IMG/VR virus record: IMGVR_UViG_3300049203_000265
Location: 1 to 58,867 of that record
Direction: 5' to 3' (one strand)
Origin: a virus
Lineage: Duplodnaviria > Caudoviricetes
Length of the DNA stretch: 58,867 nucleotides
Position numbers and translations under genes: made by a program. Positions 17,921 through 28,689 of the stretch are shown here, piece after piece. The notes under the pieces are model-generated. The model had not been told where the DNA came from and ran no database searches. It saw only the letters and a program-made list of their open reading frames with translations. Every line of letters starts with the position of its first letter. Position 1 is the first letter of the stretch.

Positions 17921-18307
17921 ATGTTCCAATTCGACGCTGACGTGCCGTCCATCGACGGCGGAACCTGGACCCAGTACCGACAGTCCAGGTTCAAGATCGC
18001 ACACGTGTCCAACATGAAGTTTCAGCGAACGCTCGCACGGCTCCAGCAGCCGCACCGCCGCAAGATCGAGCGCGGCGAGCTGGACCCCGCGCTCGGCAAG
18101 GACATGTTTTGTCGGGCGATGTCCGAGGGCATCCTACTGGACTGGGAGAACGTGACCGACAAGAGCGGCGAGAAGGTGCCGTACTCGGCGGAGAAGGGCT
18201 ACGTGGCCCTGACGAAGGACCCGGAATTCCGTGATTTCGTGAGCGACTTCGCCGTCAGCATCGCCAACTTCAGGCAAGAGGAGATCGAGGCCGCGGGAAA
18301 CGACTGA
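17921..18307 (+). CDS. tail assembly chaperone (short form)
   Basis: Between tube and tape measure; ILLDWENV...PYS motif. Confidence 0.85.
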   Translation: MFQFDADVPSIDGGTWTQYRQSRFKIAHVSNMKFQRTLARLQQPHRRKIERGELDPALGKDMFCRAMSEGILLDWENVTDKSGEKVPYSAEKGYVALTKDPEFRDFVSDFAVSIANFRQEEIEAAGND

Positions 18308-18615
18308 AGGCGTGGCGGTCGTGGTACCGCCAGTGGGGTAAGGCTGAGGAGGGACTCTGGGGACTGTACGAGAACACTGGTGTTCTCGCCCAGGCCCTCC
18401 AAGACAAGCCTACACTGGATCCGGTGCTCGAAGAGTTCGTGCACGCCTACATGATTCTCGACAGACACCGCACTTGGGGGATGGAGAAGAATCCAATTCA
18501 GTTGTCCGAGATCGTCGCCTACTGCAGACTGTTCGGTCCGCCGGCGATGGACATGCAGATGTTTGAACAGCTCGTGGCCGTGATGGAAGAGCTCGATCGC
18601 GAGCAGAAAGAGTAG
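18295..18615 (+). CDS. tail assembly chaperone -1 frameshift extension
   Basis: Slippery G GGA AAC at 18295-18301; -1 frame open to TAG 18615 (NPIQLSEIVAYCRLFG). Confidence 0.8.
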   Translation, partial: GKRLKAWRSWYRQWGKAEEGLWGLYENTGVLAQALQDKPTLDPVLEEFVHAYMILDRHRTWGMEKNPIQLSEIVAYCRLFGPPAMDMQMFEQLVAVMEELDREQKE

Positions 18616-18617
18616 CA

Positions 18618-21305
18618 GTGGCAACAGCCATCAATGTCGGCGCAAACACCGCCCCCGCAGTAGGGGCGTTCGATGCACTGACGCGCTCGATCCTCGGTTC
18701 CAGAAACGGACTCGCGGCTCTCGACCGTGAGATGCAGCGGAACACCGCCACGTCCGACCGGCTGACACAGTCGATCGGCGGCGGGATGACCGGGGCGTTC
18801 AACCGCCTGCAGAGCATGATCAGTACCACGTTCTCGTGGATGACCCGCTTCGCCGGCGGCATCGAACTGGTCTTCAACTCCATCCTGAAGGAGGCCGACA
18901 AGCTGCAGGGCTTCAACGCCATCATGTCGGTCACGGCCGGCAGCTCCACGAAGGCCCGGCAGGAATTCGAATTTCTGCGAAAGACCGCGGACCAGCTGGG
19001 TCTGCAGTTCGACGCGCTCACGAGCAACTACGCGAAGCTCGTGGCGGCACTGCCCGAGGGCAACAACCGTCTGGAGACGGCGCGCACGCTCTTCCTCGGC
19101 ATCTCGATGGCGGCGCGCACCCTCCACGCGTCGAACCAGGACACCCAGCTGATGTTCTACGCGGTCACACAGATCGCGTCCAAGGGCGTGGTGTCGATGG
19201 AGGAGCTCCGCCGGCAACTCGGCGAGAAACTGCCGGGAGCCCTACAGATCGCGGCCCGCGCGCTGAACACCACCGCCGGCGAGCTCGAGGCGGCCATCCG
19301 CAAGGGCGTGGTGGATTCGGCCAAGTTCTTGGCGGCGTTCGGCCCGGAGCTCATCCGCACCTTCGCCGACCCGGCGGCGATCGCTTCGGGTAGCATCTCG
19401 GCGGCGGTCAACCGGCTGACCAACGTGTGGGTGGACTTCGTCAAGTCCATCCTCGACTCCGGCGCCGGCCAGGCGATCATCAACGTCTTCGACGCCCTGC
19501 GCGAGAAGCTGAGCGACCCGTACGCGATGTCCCAGTTCGCGGGAACCATCGAATACATCGCCACCAAGATCGCCGATTTCGTCAAGGCTCTGACCAAGGA
19601 CGACATCCGCAACGGCTTCGACACGTTCCGCCGCGGCGTGGAGTTCATTACCACCGCGGTGACCGGCCTGGTGTCGGCTTTCACGTGGATCATCAACAAT
19701 GCCGGGATCGTCGGCACCATCGTCGGCGCGCTCGTCGGCGGCGCCAAGGGGTTCGCGGCCGGCGGAGCCATCGGATCGGTGATCCCCGGCGTCGGCACCG
19801 CGGCGGGCGCTCTGGTCGGGCTCGGAATCGGCGCGGTCGGCGGCGCCGCGGGCGGCAGCTATCTCGGCAACAAGCTCAGTTCGAGCCCGGACGAGGTCGC
19901 GGTCCGGGCCCAACTGGACGACGCCGCCCGCAAGGCCGAGATCGAGGCGACCAAGCAGCGCGAGTTCATCGTCACGCAGTACATCAAGCCACTGCTGCAG
20001 CTGTACAACCTCAACTCCGTCGACGTGTCCCAACTGGTGCAGTCGGACCGGGCCAACATGGAGACGGTCAACGTCCTGCTGAGCACGCTCCAGGACAAGC
20101 GATTCAAGAACGACGCCGAGCGCCAGTCGGCGATCAAGATGTACGCCCGCACCGGGTACCTCATCCCCGAAAAGAGCACGACCACTCTGGAGGACGTGCT
20201 CAACGGCAAGGGCAAGGTCGACAAGACTCAGGCCCGACAGGACGAGACCACCCTGTTGGAGAGCATGGGATACCGTGGTGACTTCCTGAAAGATTGGAAC
20301 TCGCTCATCCGCCTGCAGGAGCGCGGCGTGATCACCGCCGACGAGCTCGACAAGGCTCAGGACAAGCTCCTCAGCCGCCAACCCCTCTTCATCGCGTACG
20401 CCAAGCAGGAGAAAGACGCCCAAGAGGCGTCCAACGCTGCGATGAACAAGAACATCGACTCGGCCGTGGCGTTCCTGAAGGTGAAGGAGGACCTCCACCT
20501 CAAGACGCAAGAATATACCGAGCAGGTGGAGCGCGAGCGCTACCTGCTCACGGCGAGTGCCCGTCAGCGGTTCGTCAACTCAGGTCTGGAGGACTTCGAC
20601 CGCGAGGCAGACCGCGCCCGCCTGAAGGCCAACAACCCGTACGAACTCGGCATCCTGAATGCACAGATCGACGCCGACCGGATCAAGCGCGCCCAGGAGC
20701 TGAACCAGCTGTACTCCGAACAGACGTCGGCGATCACTGGTTTGACTCAAGCCAACCAGAACTTCTTCGATTACTTCGAAGATCGGGCTTCTCGAGTGAA
20801 GGAGACGTTCGGTTCGTTCATGCAGGGTATGCAGTCGATGTGGGAGAAGTTCATCACCACCGGCAAGATCACACTGACGGACTTCGTCAACCTCATCCAG
20901 ATGGAGCTCGCCAAGGTCGTCTGGAACAAGTACATCGGTTCGGCGGCCACCGGCCTGGCCAGTTACCTGACCGGCGCTCTGTGGGGGTTCTCCGGCGGCG
21001 GCATCATGACCAGCCAGGGCCCACTGCCGATCAAGGAGTACGCCGGCGGCGGAATCGCCGACACGCCGCAGGTCTCGGTGTGGGGCGAGGGCCGCATGCC
21101 CGAAGCCAACGTGCCGCTCCCTGACGGGCGCACGATCCCCGTCACCATCAAGGGCAAGTCGGGCGGCGACCACATTACCATTCACCAAACTCTCTACGTC
21201 GGCAGCGGAGTGACCAGGTCCGAAGTGGCCGCGGCGATGGTCATGACGAAGAATGCCACGATCAGCGAAATCCTCAACGCCCGCAACCGCCGAAGGAGCG
21301 GCTGA
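18618..21305 (+). CDS. tape measure protein
   Basis: 895 aa, Ala-rich helical; QIASKGVVSMEELRRQLGEKLPGA; C-terminal YAGGGI...WGEGRMPEA. Confidence 0.92.
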   Translation: MATAINVGANTAPAVGAFDALTRSILGSRNGLAALDREMQRNTATSDRLTQSIGGGMTGAFNRLQSMISTTFSWMTRFAGGIELVFNSILKEADKLQGFNAIMSVTAGSSTKARQEFEFLRKTADQLGLQFDALTSNYAKLVAALPEGNNRLETARTLFLGISMAARTLHASNQDTQLMFYAVTQIASKGVVSMEELRRQLGEKLPGALQIAARALNTTAGELEAAIRKGVVDSAKFLAAFGPELIRTFADPAAIASGSISAAVNRLTNVWVDFVKSILDSGAGQAIINVFDALREKLSDPYAMSQFAGTIEYIATKIADFVKALTKDDIRNGFDTFRRGVEFITTAVTGLVSAFTWIINNAGIVGTIVGALVGGAKGFAAGGAIGSVIPGVGTAAGALVGLGIGAVGGAAGGSYLGNKLSSSPDEVAVRAQLDDAARKAEIEATKQREFIVTQYIKPLLQLYNLNSVDVSQLVQSDRANMETVNVLLSTLQDKRFKNDAERQSAIKMYARTGYLIPEKSTTTLEDVLNGKGKVDKTQARQDETTLLESMGYRGDFLKDWNSLIRLQERGVITADELDKAQDKLLSRQPLFIAYAKQEKDAQEASNAAMNKNIDSAVAFLKVKEDLHLKTQEYTEQVERERYLLTASARQRFVNSGLEDFDREADRARLKANNPYELGILNAQIDADRIKRAQELNQLYSEQTSAITGLTQANQNFFDYFEDRASRVKETFGSFMQGMQSMWEKFITTGKITLTDFVNLIQMELAKVVWNKYIGSAATGLASYLTGALWGFSGGGIMTSQGPLPIKEYAGGGIADTPQVSVWGEGRMPEANVPLPDGRTIPVTIKGKSGGDHITIHQTLYVGSGVTRSEVAAAMVMTKNATISEILNARNRRRSG

Positions 21306-21913
21306 TGACGATCTACGCCTACGAAACCACCGGCGTCTTCATCCCGAGCAAACAGAACCTCCTGATCAACGGCAACCAAATCGTGACCGAGAGCTTTCTC
21401 TCAGGCTACGTGCAGGTCGCGACCCGACCCGGCGCCAAGTGGGGTTGGGACATCACCCTCGGCGACTGCACGCCGGAGGAGTTGGCGGTGGTCGAGGCCT
21501 TCATCACCCGCCTCGACGGTCGAGAACACTGGACGACCATCTACGACTTTCTCCGGCCAAAACCGCGCGGCACGATCAACCTGTCCGGGGTCACCAACAA
21601 CGGCGTGATCGCACAGTTCGCCACTACCTGCAACCTCGCGGGTTGCGGCAACACGAAAACTCTGCTGCGCGGCGACTGGCTCAAACTGGGCACCCAACTG
21701 GTCATGAACGTGACGGACGCCACGTCCGACGCCGGCGGCAACATGGCCATCGAGTTCCGCCACAGGATGCGCGCGCAGGTATCGAGCGGCCAGCCGGTCA
21801 CACTGGACGGACCGACGAGCAACTACATCCTCGAGTCGTCCAACTTCGAGTCGATCCGCCAGGAGGGGTACGCACAGAGCGGACCTACTTTCAGACTTGG
21901 GGAGATCTTCTGA
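21305..21913 (+). CDS. distal tail protein
   Basis: Directly after TMP; typical size and sequence. Confidence 0.65.
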   Translation: MTIYAYETTGVFIPSKQNLLINGNQIVTESFLSGYVQVATRPGAKWGWDITLGDCTPEELAVVEAFITRLDGREHWTTIYDFLRPKPRGTINLSGVTNNGVIAQFATTCNLAGCGNTKTLLRGDWLKLGTQLVMNVTDATSDAGGNMAIEFRHRMRAQVSSGQPVTLDGPTSNYILESSNFESIRQEGYAQSGPTFRLGEIF

Positions 21914-22482
21914 TGCCTGACCGTGGCGTAAACGCGACAGCACTGACCAACCTCACCTCGCAGGTCGTCACCGATTTTCCGCTGATCGAGATGCAGCTGG
22001 CGAGCGGTATCCTGCGGATCGCCGCGCTCAACCACTCCGTCGACTGGAACGGGTTCACTTGGCTACCGGACCGGGGCCTCGGACGGATCGAGGCGATCAA
22101 GGAGTCCGGCGCGGAGATGGCCGGACTCTCGTTCGAGCTGAGCGCGGTTCCGACGGCGTTGATCAGCGCGGCCCTCTCGGAGAACGTGCGGGGCCGCCCG
22201 ATCATCGTGCGCAACGCCACTCTAAACGGCACGGTCGTGAGCGTCGACGACAACGTGTGGACCGGGCAACTGGACACGATGACGATCGAGGACGGCAAGG
22301 ACTCCGCGGTGATCCGCGTGACCGCCGAGCACCGGATGGTCTTCTGGCAGTCGCCCCACCCGGTGGACTTCTCGCACGCCGCCCAGCAGCTCGTGGACCC
22401 GACCGATACGTTCTACAGCCGCATGGCCGACATCGCCAACAAGACTCTCGTGTGGCCGAGCGCGGCCTTCTTCAAGAAATGA
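21913..22482 (+). CDS. tail tip/hub protein
   Basis: WNGFTW..GLG.IE.I.E...WTGQLD...Q....PTDTF..WP pattern. Confidence 0.65.
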   Translation: MPDRGVNATALTNLTSQVVTDFPLIEMQLASGILRIAALNHSVDWNGFTWLPDRGLGRIEAIKESGAEMAGLSFELSAVPTALISAALSENVRGRPIIVRNATLNGTVVSVDDNVWTGQLDTMTIEDGKDSAVIRVTAEHRMVFWQSPHPVDFSHAAQQLVDPTDTFYSRMADIANKTLVWPSAAFFKK

Positions 22483-22898
22483 GACTGCAAAACTGGGAAT
22501 CTCTCCTGTACGAATTCGTGCAGGATCCGGCCAACCACGAGTTCAAGTGGGGCGCGAACGACTGCGTCATGTTCTGCGGGCGGTGCATCGCGTTCATCAC
22601 CGACGAGGACCCGCTCGCCAAGGTGCTCGACGTGTGGACCGACGAGGCCTCCGCCGAGCAGGTGATCGAGCAGTACGGGTCGCTCCACGGTGCGGTGTGC
22701 TCAGTGATGGGCCAACCGCTCGAGAACCCTCTGATGGCCAAGCGCGGCGACCTGGCCCTCGTGCAGCTCGGCGAGATGGACTTCCTCGCCATGCACCTCG
22801 GTGACTGCCTCGTGGCGCCTTCCAGAGCGGGCGGACTCGTGAGGGTGCACACGCACCACGCCGACGTCGTGTGGCCGGTGGGTCGAGTCCATGGTTGA
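22479..22898 (+). CDS. NlpC/P60-like tail tip protein
   Basis: FKWGANDCVMF with catalytic Cys; AKRGDLA. Confidence 0.75.
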   Translation: MRLQNWESLLYEFVQDPANHEFKWGANDCVMFCGRCIAFITDEDPLAKVLDVWTDEASAEQVIEQYGSLHGAVCSVMGQPLENPLMAKRGDLALVQLGEMDFLAMHLGDCLVAPSRAGGLVRVHTHHADVVWPVGRVHG

Positions 22899-25800
22899 GC
22901 CGTTCACCGCATTCTTCGCGTGGCTAGGCACCGCCATCGGCGGCACCACGGGCGCGTTCCTGATCATGAACGCCACCGCCCTGGCCTACACGGCCCTGGT
23001 GGCGGCGTCGATCGCGTACGGCAACGCTCAGCAGCGCAAGGCCGAGCGGCGCGCGATCAACGCGTACAACGACACCCTCCGCGACCGGCACATCATGATC
23101 CGGACGGCCTCGTCGCCGTCTCCGTGGGCGCTCGGCCTGTCGAAGCTCAGCGGCCCGGTGGTGTTCGCCCACACCACCAGCTCGTCTCCCGGCTGGAACG
23201 ACATCCTACACCTGGTGATCCCGCTCGCCCGCCACGAGTGCGACGCGATCGAAGCGATCTACTTCAACGAGATCGAGCTGGACCCGGAGAACCCCGTCAC
23301 CGGCGCGGTGGAGACCGGGCCGTTCTCCCTCACGCGCAAAGAACTCTTCATCGAGGACTACACGTCCAACGGTTCGGGCGTGATCACGTTGGTCCGCAAC
23401 ACTGCCGAGGCTCCGTCGGTTTCGAACGGCATCAATAGTGGAAACCCGCTCGATAACCCCTCGATCCCAGTCGGGTACACGCACACCGTCGGCACGAACA
23501 CGATCAGCGGGCTCGCGGCCAGTACCCTGTACACCGTCACCTACTACGGCACGAACATCAATTCGTTCGTGAAGATCCGCAAGCACCTCGGTGCGCCGGG
23601 CCAGGTCGCCGACGCGGACCTCGTCGCCGACTCCGGCGGCGCGTGGACGTCGAGTGACAAGGGCACCAACACCTGCTACATCTACGTCCGACTGATCTAC
23701 AACCAGGACGTGTTCGGACAGATCGGTATCCCGAACATCTCGGCGCGCGTGCGCGGCAAGAAACTCTTCGACCCGCGGACCGGCCTCACGGTGTACAGCA
23801 CGAACGCCGCGCTCGCGGCCGCGGCCTACCTGAAGGACCAGACGTTCGGCATCCGTAGTGCGTCGGGCGAGGTGCCGGACGCGGAGCTCATCACCGCCGC
23901 CAACATCGCCGACGAGGACGTCACGATGTTCAACACCGGCACGGTGCAGGTGCAGAACGGCTCGCCCTCGATCACTTTCAGCGACACGACCAACGCCAAG
24001 AAGCGCGTGCGCAAGGGCATGACGCTCGTCGTCGGCGCCAACCGCGTCAAGCTCAAGACGTTCAACAACGGCCCGGGCGCGGCGACCGGGGTGCTGGAAT
24101 CCAACTACCCCGGAACGACCAACCTCACCGCGCCCTTCGCGGTGGTCCAGACCCGCTACACCGTCAACGGCGCGCTCAGCTCGGCCAACACTCCGTGGGA
24201 CAACCTGGAGGAGATCTGCAAGTCGATGGCCGGCTCGTCGGTGTGGTGCCAGGGCCGGTGGCTGGTGCGGGCCGGCGCGTACGAGGCACCGTCCCTCACG
24301 CTCAACGAGGACTACTTCGCGAACGCGTCGGTACAGATTCTTCCGCGAAAGGGCCGGCGCGACCTCTTCAACGGCGTTCAGGGCCGGTACGTCAACGTCA
24401 ACCTGAACCTCGCCGAGGACACCTACCCCTCGTACACCAGCTCGGCGTACGAGACGGAGGACGGCGAGCAGATCCTGATCCCATACAACTTCGACCTGGT
24501 CATCGACGGCACGGCGTGCCAGCGGCTGGCGAAGATCCTGGTGCTGCAGGGGCGGCAGGCCCTGACAGTCAAGATCACGACCAACCTGCGGGCGTACAAC
24601 CTCACGCCGATGGGTTCGGTAACTCTGAACGTCGCGCGCTACGGGTGGTCGAGCAAAGTGTTCGTGGTGCTGAGCCGCGAGTACAACATCGTCGAGAAGA
24701 AGATCGAGTACCTCTTGCAGGAGACGTCCCCGACGGTGTGGGACTGGCTCTACGCGGAGCAGGCCGGCATCGACCCCGCGCCGAACACCACCCTGCCGAG
24801 CCCGAACACTCCGCCCGCCAGGCTCACGTCGTTCGCGGCCGTGGCCGGTACGAGCGAGTTGGCCCGCCTGTCCGACGGCACCATCGTCAGTCGCGCCAAG
24901 GTCACGTGGGACATGCACCCGGAACTGTTCGTGCGGGAGGGCGGCCGCATCGAACTGCGCTGGAGGTACGCCAACGCGACGACGTCCGGATCCATTTCGT
25001 CCGCGCCGGGCGACTCCACCTCGGCGTACCTGGACAACATGCCCGAAGGCCGCTACGTCATGATCGACGGGCGTGCCGTCACCGCCAACAGCAAAGAGAG
25101 CGACTGGACCACGTACGGCCCGCTCCTGATCACCGGCAAATCGGCGCCCCCCGCGAACGTGTCCGGCCTGACGTACGACCAGATGCCGGACGGCATTCGC
25201 GTGAGGTGGACGCCCAATACGGAACTCGACTACCTCGAGACAGAGCTCCGCGTCGGCGCGTCGTGGGTCGCGGGCACGTTCCTCTTCAAGGGCGCGACCA
25301 GCCAGTACCCGTGGATCAATCCACTCTACGGCAGCTACACGGTGTGGGCGGCTCACCGCGACACGTCGCTCAACTACAGTGCGACTCCGCAGAGCATCTC
25401 GATCGTGGTGCTCAACAAGTCGGACACGACGTTCGTGGCCCACGGCTCCGGCGTCATGGACCTAGTCGGCCAGACGGCTCTCAAGTCCTCGGGCTCGTCG
25501 GCGTGGGACACCGGCGTGTACAGCCAGAACGGCATCCAGGGCGCATGCTCCGCATCGGCGAGGGTGTACGGCACCACGACGCTCCGCATGTTCGGTCTGA
25601 ACACGGATCCGACGACGGATGCGAGCTACTCGTCACTCGATCACGCGATCTATGTGGACACTACCGTGGTACGGATTTACGAGAGCGGCTCGCTCATCGT
25701 GGACCTCGGAGCTATTCACGCATCTGGGTATCAGTACGAGGTGCTCTACGACGGCTCATCCGTCAAATACTACCAGAACGGAGGCCTGCTGTTCCAGCGC

Positions 25801-27657
25801 GGCGTGGCTCCGAACCAGACGTTCTACTTCGACTCGTCGTTCTACTCGGTCGGCGCAGACCTGACCAACATGCTGTTCCGGCCGATGAGCGCCGGGCAGC
25901 GCGGCAACCTGCTCGACGCGAGCACGTGGACCGCCGGCAGCAGTGACAAGGGCGTCGCCGGCGGCAGTCGCTGGGTGCGTGCAGCCACTCCGACCTCCGA
26001 AGATACAGTGGTCTTCGAGCCCGGGCCGGACGGCCTCGTCGTACCTCTGTGGAAATCGACGTCGTCGGATAACGAACCTACGAACTCCGCAGACGGCGGA
26101 TACGTGACAGATTGGGTACCGATCGATCACCTGAAGGCATACCGCCAGGCCGTGTTCGTCATGTGCAACGCGTCCGGCGCGCTCGACGGCACTGTGTACC
26201 TCGGCATCGCAAACAACACTGTGCGGTCGATTCCCGGTACACTCGACGGCAACCCGTACACGAACGTCGTAAGTCGGTCGAATCTGGCGAAGCTTCGCTG
26301 GTATCTCGTGGTGGGCTACGTACTTCCGAGCAACTTCGGCACTACGGTCCCGAACCCTGTGATCGGAGCCGTGTACGACTGTTCGACCGGACAGCGAGTT
26401 CGAGAGGCGGACAACGATTACAAGTGGGAAGTCGGCATCGGACAGACCTATTTGCGCGCGTACCAGTTCTATGCGTCCAGTGGTCAGGTGCAGTACTTCT
26501 GGAACCCGCGCTTCGAGATGATCGACGGGTCCGAGCCGACCGTCGACCAGCTCCTCGCGCTCGCCAAACCGTCGCTCAGCCGACCGCTCACCAACGACTT
26601 CGAAGCGCTCTACGACCTGAACGGGCAGTTCCACAAGTGGCCGCTCGGAGCTTCGGCGCCGTCCGGGTGGATAGCGAATGGTTCGCCGACCATACGGAAC
26701 GAGACGACAGTTTTTCGGACCGGGCCGAACGCGGTGTACCTGTCGTCGGGGAGCGACGGTCACGGTCTGCGCCGAGAGCTATACTGGACTTCGCAACCGT
26801 ACGAGGCCGGCACGTTCATCGAGGGTACAGTCGACGCGTATCTCGTGGTGCACACGAGCGGCGGATACCCCGGTATACTGTTGCGGGTGTACGTCGACGC
26901 CGCGCTCACGACGTACCGTGACAACATATATCAGCTGCCGAACACCGCGACCGGCGCTTGGCAGACCATCGCGTTCAAGGCGTCCGTGCTGCCCGGCGAG
27001 CGGATTTACGGTGTCATCATCTATTTGCTGTGTAGTTGGGTCAGTTTGCCGAGCGGCGTCGGCAACAACGACGTGATCTTCGACTCCGTCACGGCCCGAG
27101 CCGTCCGTCCGTCGGACACACTTCAACTGCGGGAGAGCTCCGTCACTTCGAAATCTGTCGCCGCGGCGGGCGGGTCGTCGGTGTCGTGGACGAACGCGGC
27201 GTCGGACTTCGACGCATGGACCGGATCGAACAACGGTCCGACCGGCTCGGTGCTCTTCACCCACGAGTCGTCGCGGAACGAGTACCTCATCGACATGCAC
27301 TCTCAGATTCAGCTGGCCGCCGGCAGCAACCTCGTGGAATCGGTCTCCGGATTCGCGAAGCTCGTCCTCAGAGACATAACCGCGAACACCGCCGGCGTCG
27401 TCCACACCTTACTGAAGTTCGTGCACCGGACGTACGTGGACCCGCTCAACGTGACCGGGCGCAACGGCAACGCGAACGTCACACTCAGCTACGCCATTAC
27501 CACTTCGGCCGGCCTGACCGTCGGAAACCAGTACCGGGCCACAATGTACGTAACGGGCATAAGAGCGATCAACTCCGCCGGATCACAGATCGCGCCGGGA
27601 GCCTCGTCCTCTGTTTCTGCAGAATTGAACACTCGAGTGATGATAACCAAAGCATAG
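22891..27657 (+). CDS. central tail fibre / host-specificity protein (TipJ-like)
   Basis: 1588 aa; IPNISARVRGKKLFDPRTG, FN3-like GKSAPPANV; C-terminal lectin/CBM-like modules. Confidence 0.88.
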   Translation: MVEPFTAFFAWLGTAIGGTTGAFLIMNATALAYTALVAASIAYGNAQQRKAERRAINAYNDTLRDRHIMIRTASSPSPWALGLSKLSGPVVFAHTTSSSPGWNDILHLVIPLARHECDAIEAIYFNEIELDPENPVTGAVETGPFSLTRKELFIEDYTSNGSGVITLVRNTAEAPSVSNGINSGNPLDNPSIPVGYTHTVGTNTISGLAASTLYTVTYYGTNINSFVKIRKHLGAPGQVADADLVADSGGAWTSSDKGTNTCYIYVRLIYNQDVFGQIGIPNISARVRGKKLFDPRTGLTVYSTNAALAAAAYLKDQTFGIRSASGEVPDAELITAANIADEDVTMFNTGTVQVQNGSPSITFSDTTNAKKRVRKGMTLVVGANRVKLKTFNNGPGAATGVLESNYPGTTNLTAPFAVVQTRYTVNGALSSANTPWDNLEEICKSMAGSSVWCQGRWLVRAGAYEAPSLTLNEDYFANASVQILPRKGRRDLFNGVQGRYVNVNLNLAEDTYPSYTSSAYETEDGEQILIPYNFDLVIDGTACQRLAKILVLQGRQALTVKITTNLRAYNLTPMGSVTLNVARYGWSSKVFVVLSREYNIVEKKIEYLLQETSPTVWDWLYAEQAGIDPAPNTTLPSPNTPPARLTSFAAVAGTSELARLSDGTIVSRAKVTWDMHPELFVREGGRIELRWRYANATTSGSISSAPGDSTSAYLDNMPEGRYVMIDGRAVTANSKESDWTTYGPLLITGKSAPPANVSGLTYDQMPDGIRVRWTPNTELDYLETELRVGASWVAGTFLFKGATSQYPWINPLYGSYTVWAAHRDTSLNYSATPQSISIVVLNKSDTTFVAHGSGVMDLVGQTALKSSGSSAWDTGVYSQNGIQGACSASARVYGTTTLRMFGLNTDPTTDASYSSLDHAIYVDTTVVRIYESGSLIVDLGAIHASGYQYEVLYDGSSVKYYQNGGLLFQRGVAPNQTFYFDSSFYSVGADLTNMLFRPMSAGQRGNLLDASTWTAGSSDKGVAGGSRWVRAATPTSEDTVVFEPGPDGLVVPLWKSTSSDNEPTNSADGGYVTDWVPIDHLKAYRQAVFVMCNASGALDGTVYLGIANNTVRSIPGTLDGNPYTNVVSRSNLAKLRWYLVVGYVLPSNFGTTVPNPVIGAVYDCSTGQRVREADNDYKWEVGIGQTYLRAYQFYASSGQVQYFWNPRFEMIDGSEPTVDQLLALAKPSLSRPLTNDFEALYDLNGQFHKWPLGASAPSGWIANGSPTIRNETTVFRTGPNAVYLSSGSDGHGLRRELYWTSQPYEAGTFIEGTVDAYLVVHTSGGYPGILLRVYVDAALTTYRDNIYQLPNTATGAWQTIAFKASVLPGERIYGVIIYLLCSWVSLPSGVGNNDVIFDSVTARAVRPSDTLQLRESSVTSKSVAAAGGSSVSWTNAASDFDAWTGSNNGPTGSVLFTHESSRNEYLIDMHSQIQLAAGSNLVESVSGFAKLVLRDITANTAGVVHTLLKFVHRTYVDPLNVTGRNGNANVTLSYAITTSAGLTVGNQYRATMYVTGIRAINSAGSQIAPGASSSVSAELNTRVMITKA

Positions 27658-27666
27658 GGGAAAACC

Positions 27667-28089
27667 GTGAAACTTCACCTCGATCGGCTGCAATTCGGCC
27701 ACACCTTCACCATCGGCGATCTGCGGGTCGACGACGAGTGGCAGTGCTGGACTCTCGAAGACCGACGACGAGATCCCGGCGTCAAGGTGGCCCACGAGAC
27801 GTGCATCCAGGCCGGCGAGTACGAGGTCGTGGTGAACTTCAGTCAGCGGTTCCAGAAACTGATGCCGCTCCTCGTCGACGTGCCGATGTTCTCCGGCGTA
27901 CGCATCCACCCCGGTAACACGTCGGAGGACACCGAGGGCTGCATCCTCGTCGGCGACGTGCGACTCGCGTCGTCGATCGCCGGCAGCCGTGACGCCTACA
28001 GTTCGCTCATGGCCAAGATCAACGAGGCCTGGGGCAAGAACGAGCGGATCGTCATTTCCATCACCGAGAGCGGGCTGGGCGCATCATGA
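27667..28089 (+). CDS. putative endolysin (DUF5675-like)
   Basis: TIG.L...CWTLED...ETCIQAGEY...GVRIHPGNT..DTEGCILVG; precedes spanins. Confidence 0.75.
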   Translation: MKLHLDRLQFGHTFTIGDLRVDDEWQCWTLEDRRRDPGVKVAHETCIQAGEYEVVVNFSQRFQKLMPLLVDVPMFSGVRIHPGNTSEDTEGCILVGDVRLASSIAGSRDAYSSLMAKINEAWGKNERIVISITESGLGAS

Positions 28090-28607
28090 ACCTCACCACT
28101 CTTCTGATGGGCCTGCTCGGCGTGGCCATGGCCTTCGGCCTCGGTCACTGGCGCGGCGACTCGGTCGGCTACGACCGCGGCGTCCAGGAGAAGCAGCTTG
28201 AGATCAACGGGATGGTGATCGACCACCAGAACGCCCTCATCCTGAAGAACGGACAGATCAACGACCTCTCTACGAGGCTACAGGAGCAGAAAGATGAAGC
28301 CGACGCTGACCGCGTTGCACTGCACGACAAGAACCGTGTTATCAGTGCTGAGTTCGACCGCGTTCGCTCTGAGCGCAACGGGTTGCGCGGCACCCTCGAC
28401 GCCGCGCTCGCTACCCGTATCGACGCAGCAGGAGCTGAGGCTGCCCTCCAAGCCTGTCGTGAGCACGGAGAGTCTCTCAACCGACAGCTGGACCTTGGTG
28501 TGCAGCTACTTGCAAAACTTGCAAACAGAGCTCAGGGTTGCGCTATCGACCTCCGAGCTGTGCTCCAAGCTTGGCCCGCCTCCGGCTCCGAGTTCAGCTC
28601 CGAGTAA
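28086..28607 (+). CDS. i-spanin (Rz-like)
   Basis: N-terminal TM plus coiled coil, after the endolysin. Confidence 0.8.
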   Translation: MNLTTLLMGLLGVAMAFGLGHWRGDSVGYDRGVQEKQLEINGMVIDHQNALILKNGQINDLSTRLQEQKDEADADRVALHDKNRVISAEFDRVRSERNGLRGTLDAALATRIDAAGAEAALQACREHGESLNRQLDLGVQLLAKLANRAQGCAIDLRAVLQAWPASGSEFSSE

Positions 28608-28611
28608 GTAG
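28294..28611 (+). CDS. o-spanin (Rz1-like lipoprotein), nested in +1 frame
   Basis: Lipobox-like ALSATG-C, Pro-rich; host frame loses GC3 bias here; GGAG upstream. Confidence 0.75.
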   Translation: MKPTLTALHCTTRTVLSVLSSTAFALSATGCAAPSTPRSLPVSTQQELRLPSKPVVSTESLSTDSWTLVCSYLQNLQTELRVALSTSELCSKLGPPPAPSSAPSK

Positions 28612-28659
28612 CCGACCGCGGTTTGGGTGTGTCAGCGTCGCCGTCTAGCCCAGCGGCTT

Positions 28660-28689
28660 GGGACGGGTGCTGGAGCCCGTCCCCTTTTT
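28660..28689 (+). terminator. rho-independent terminator of the late operon
   Basis: GGGACGGG-N8-CCCGTCCC-C-TTTTT. Confidence 0.8.
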
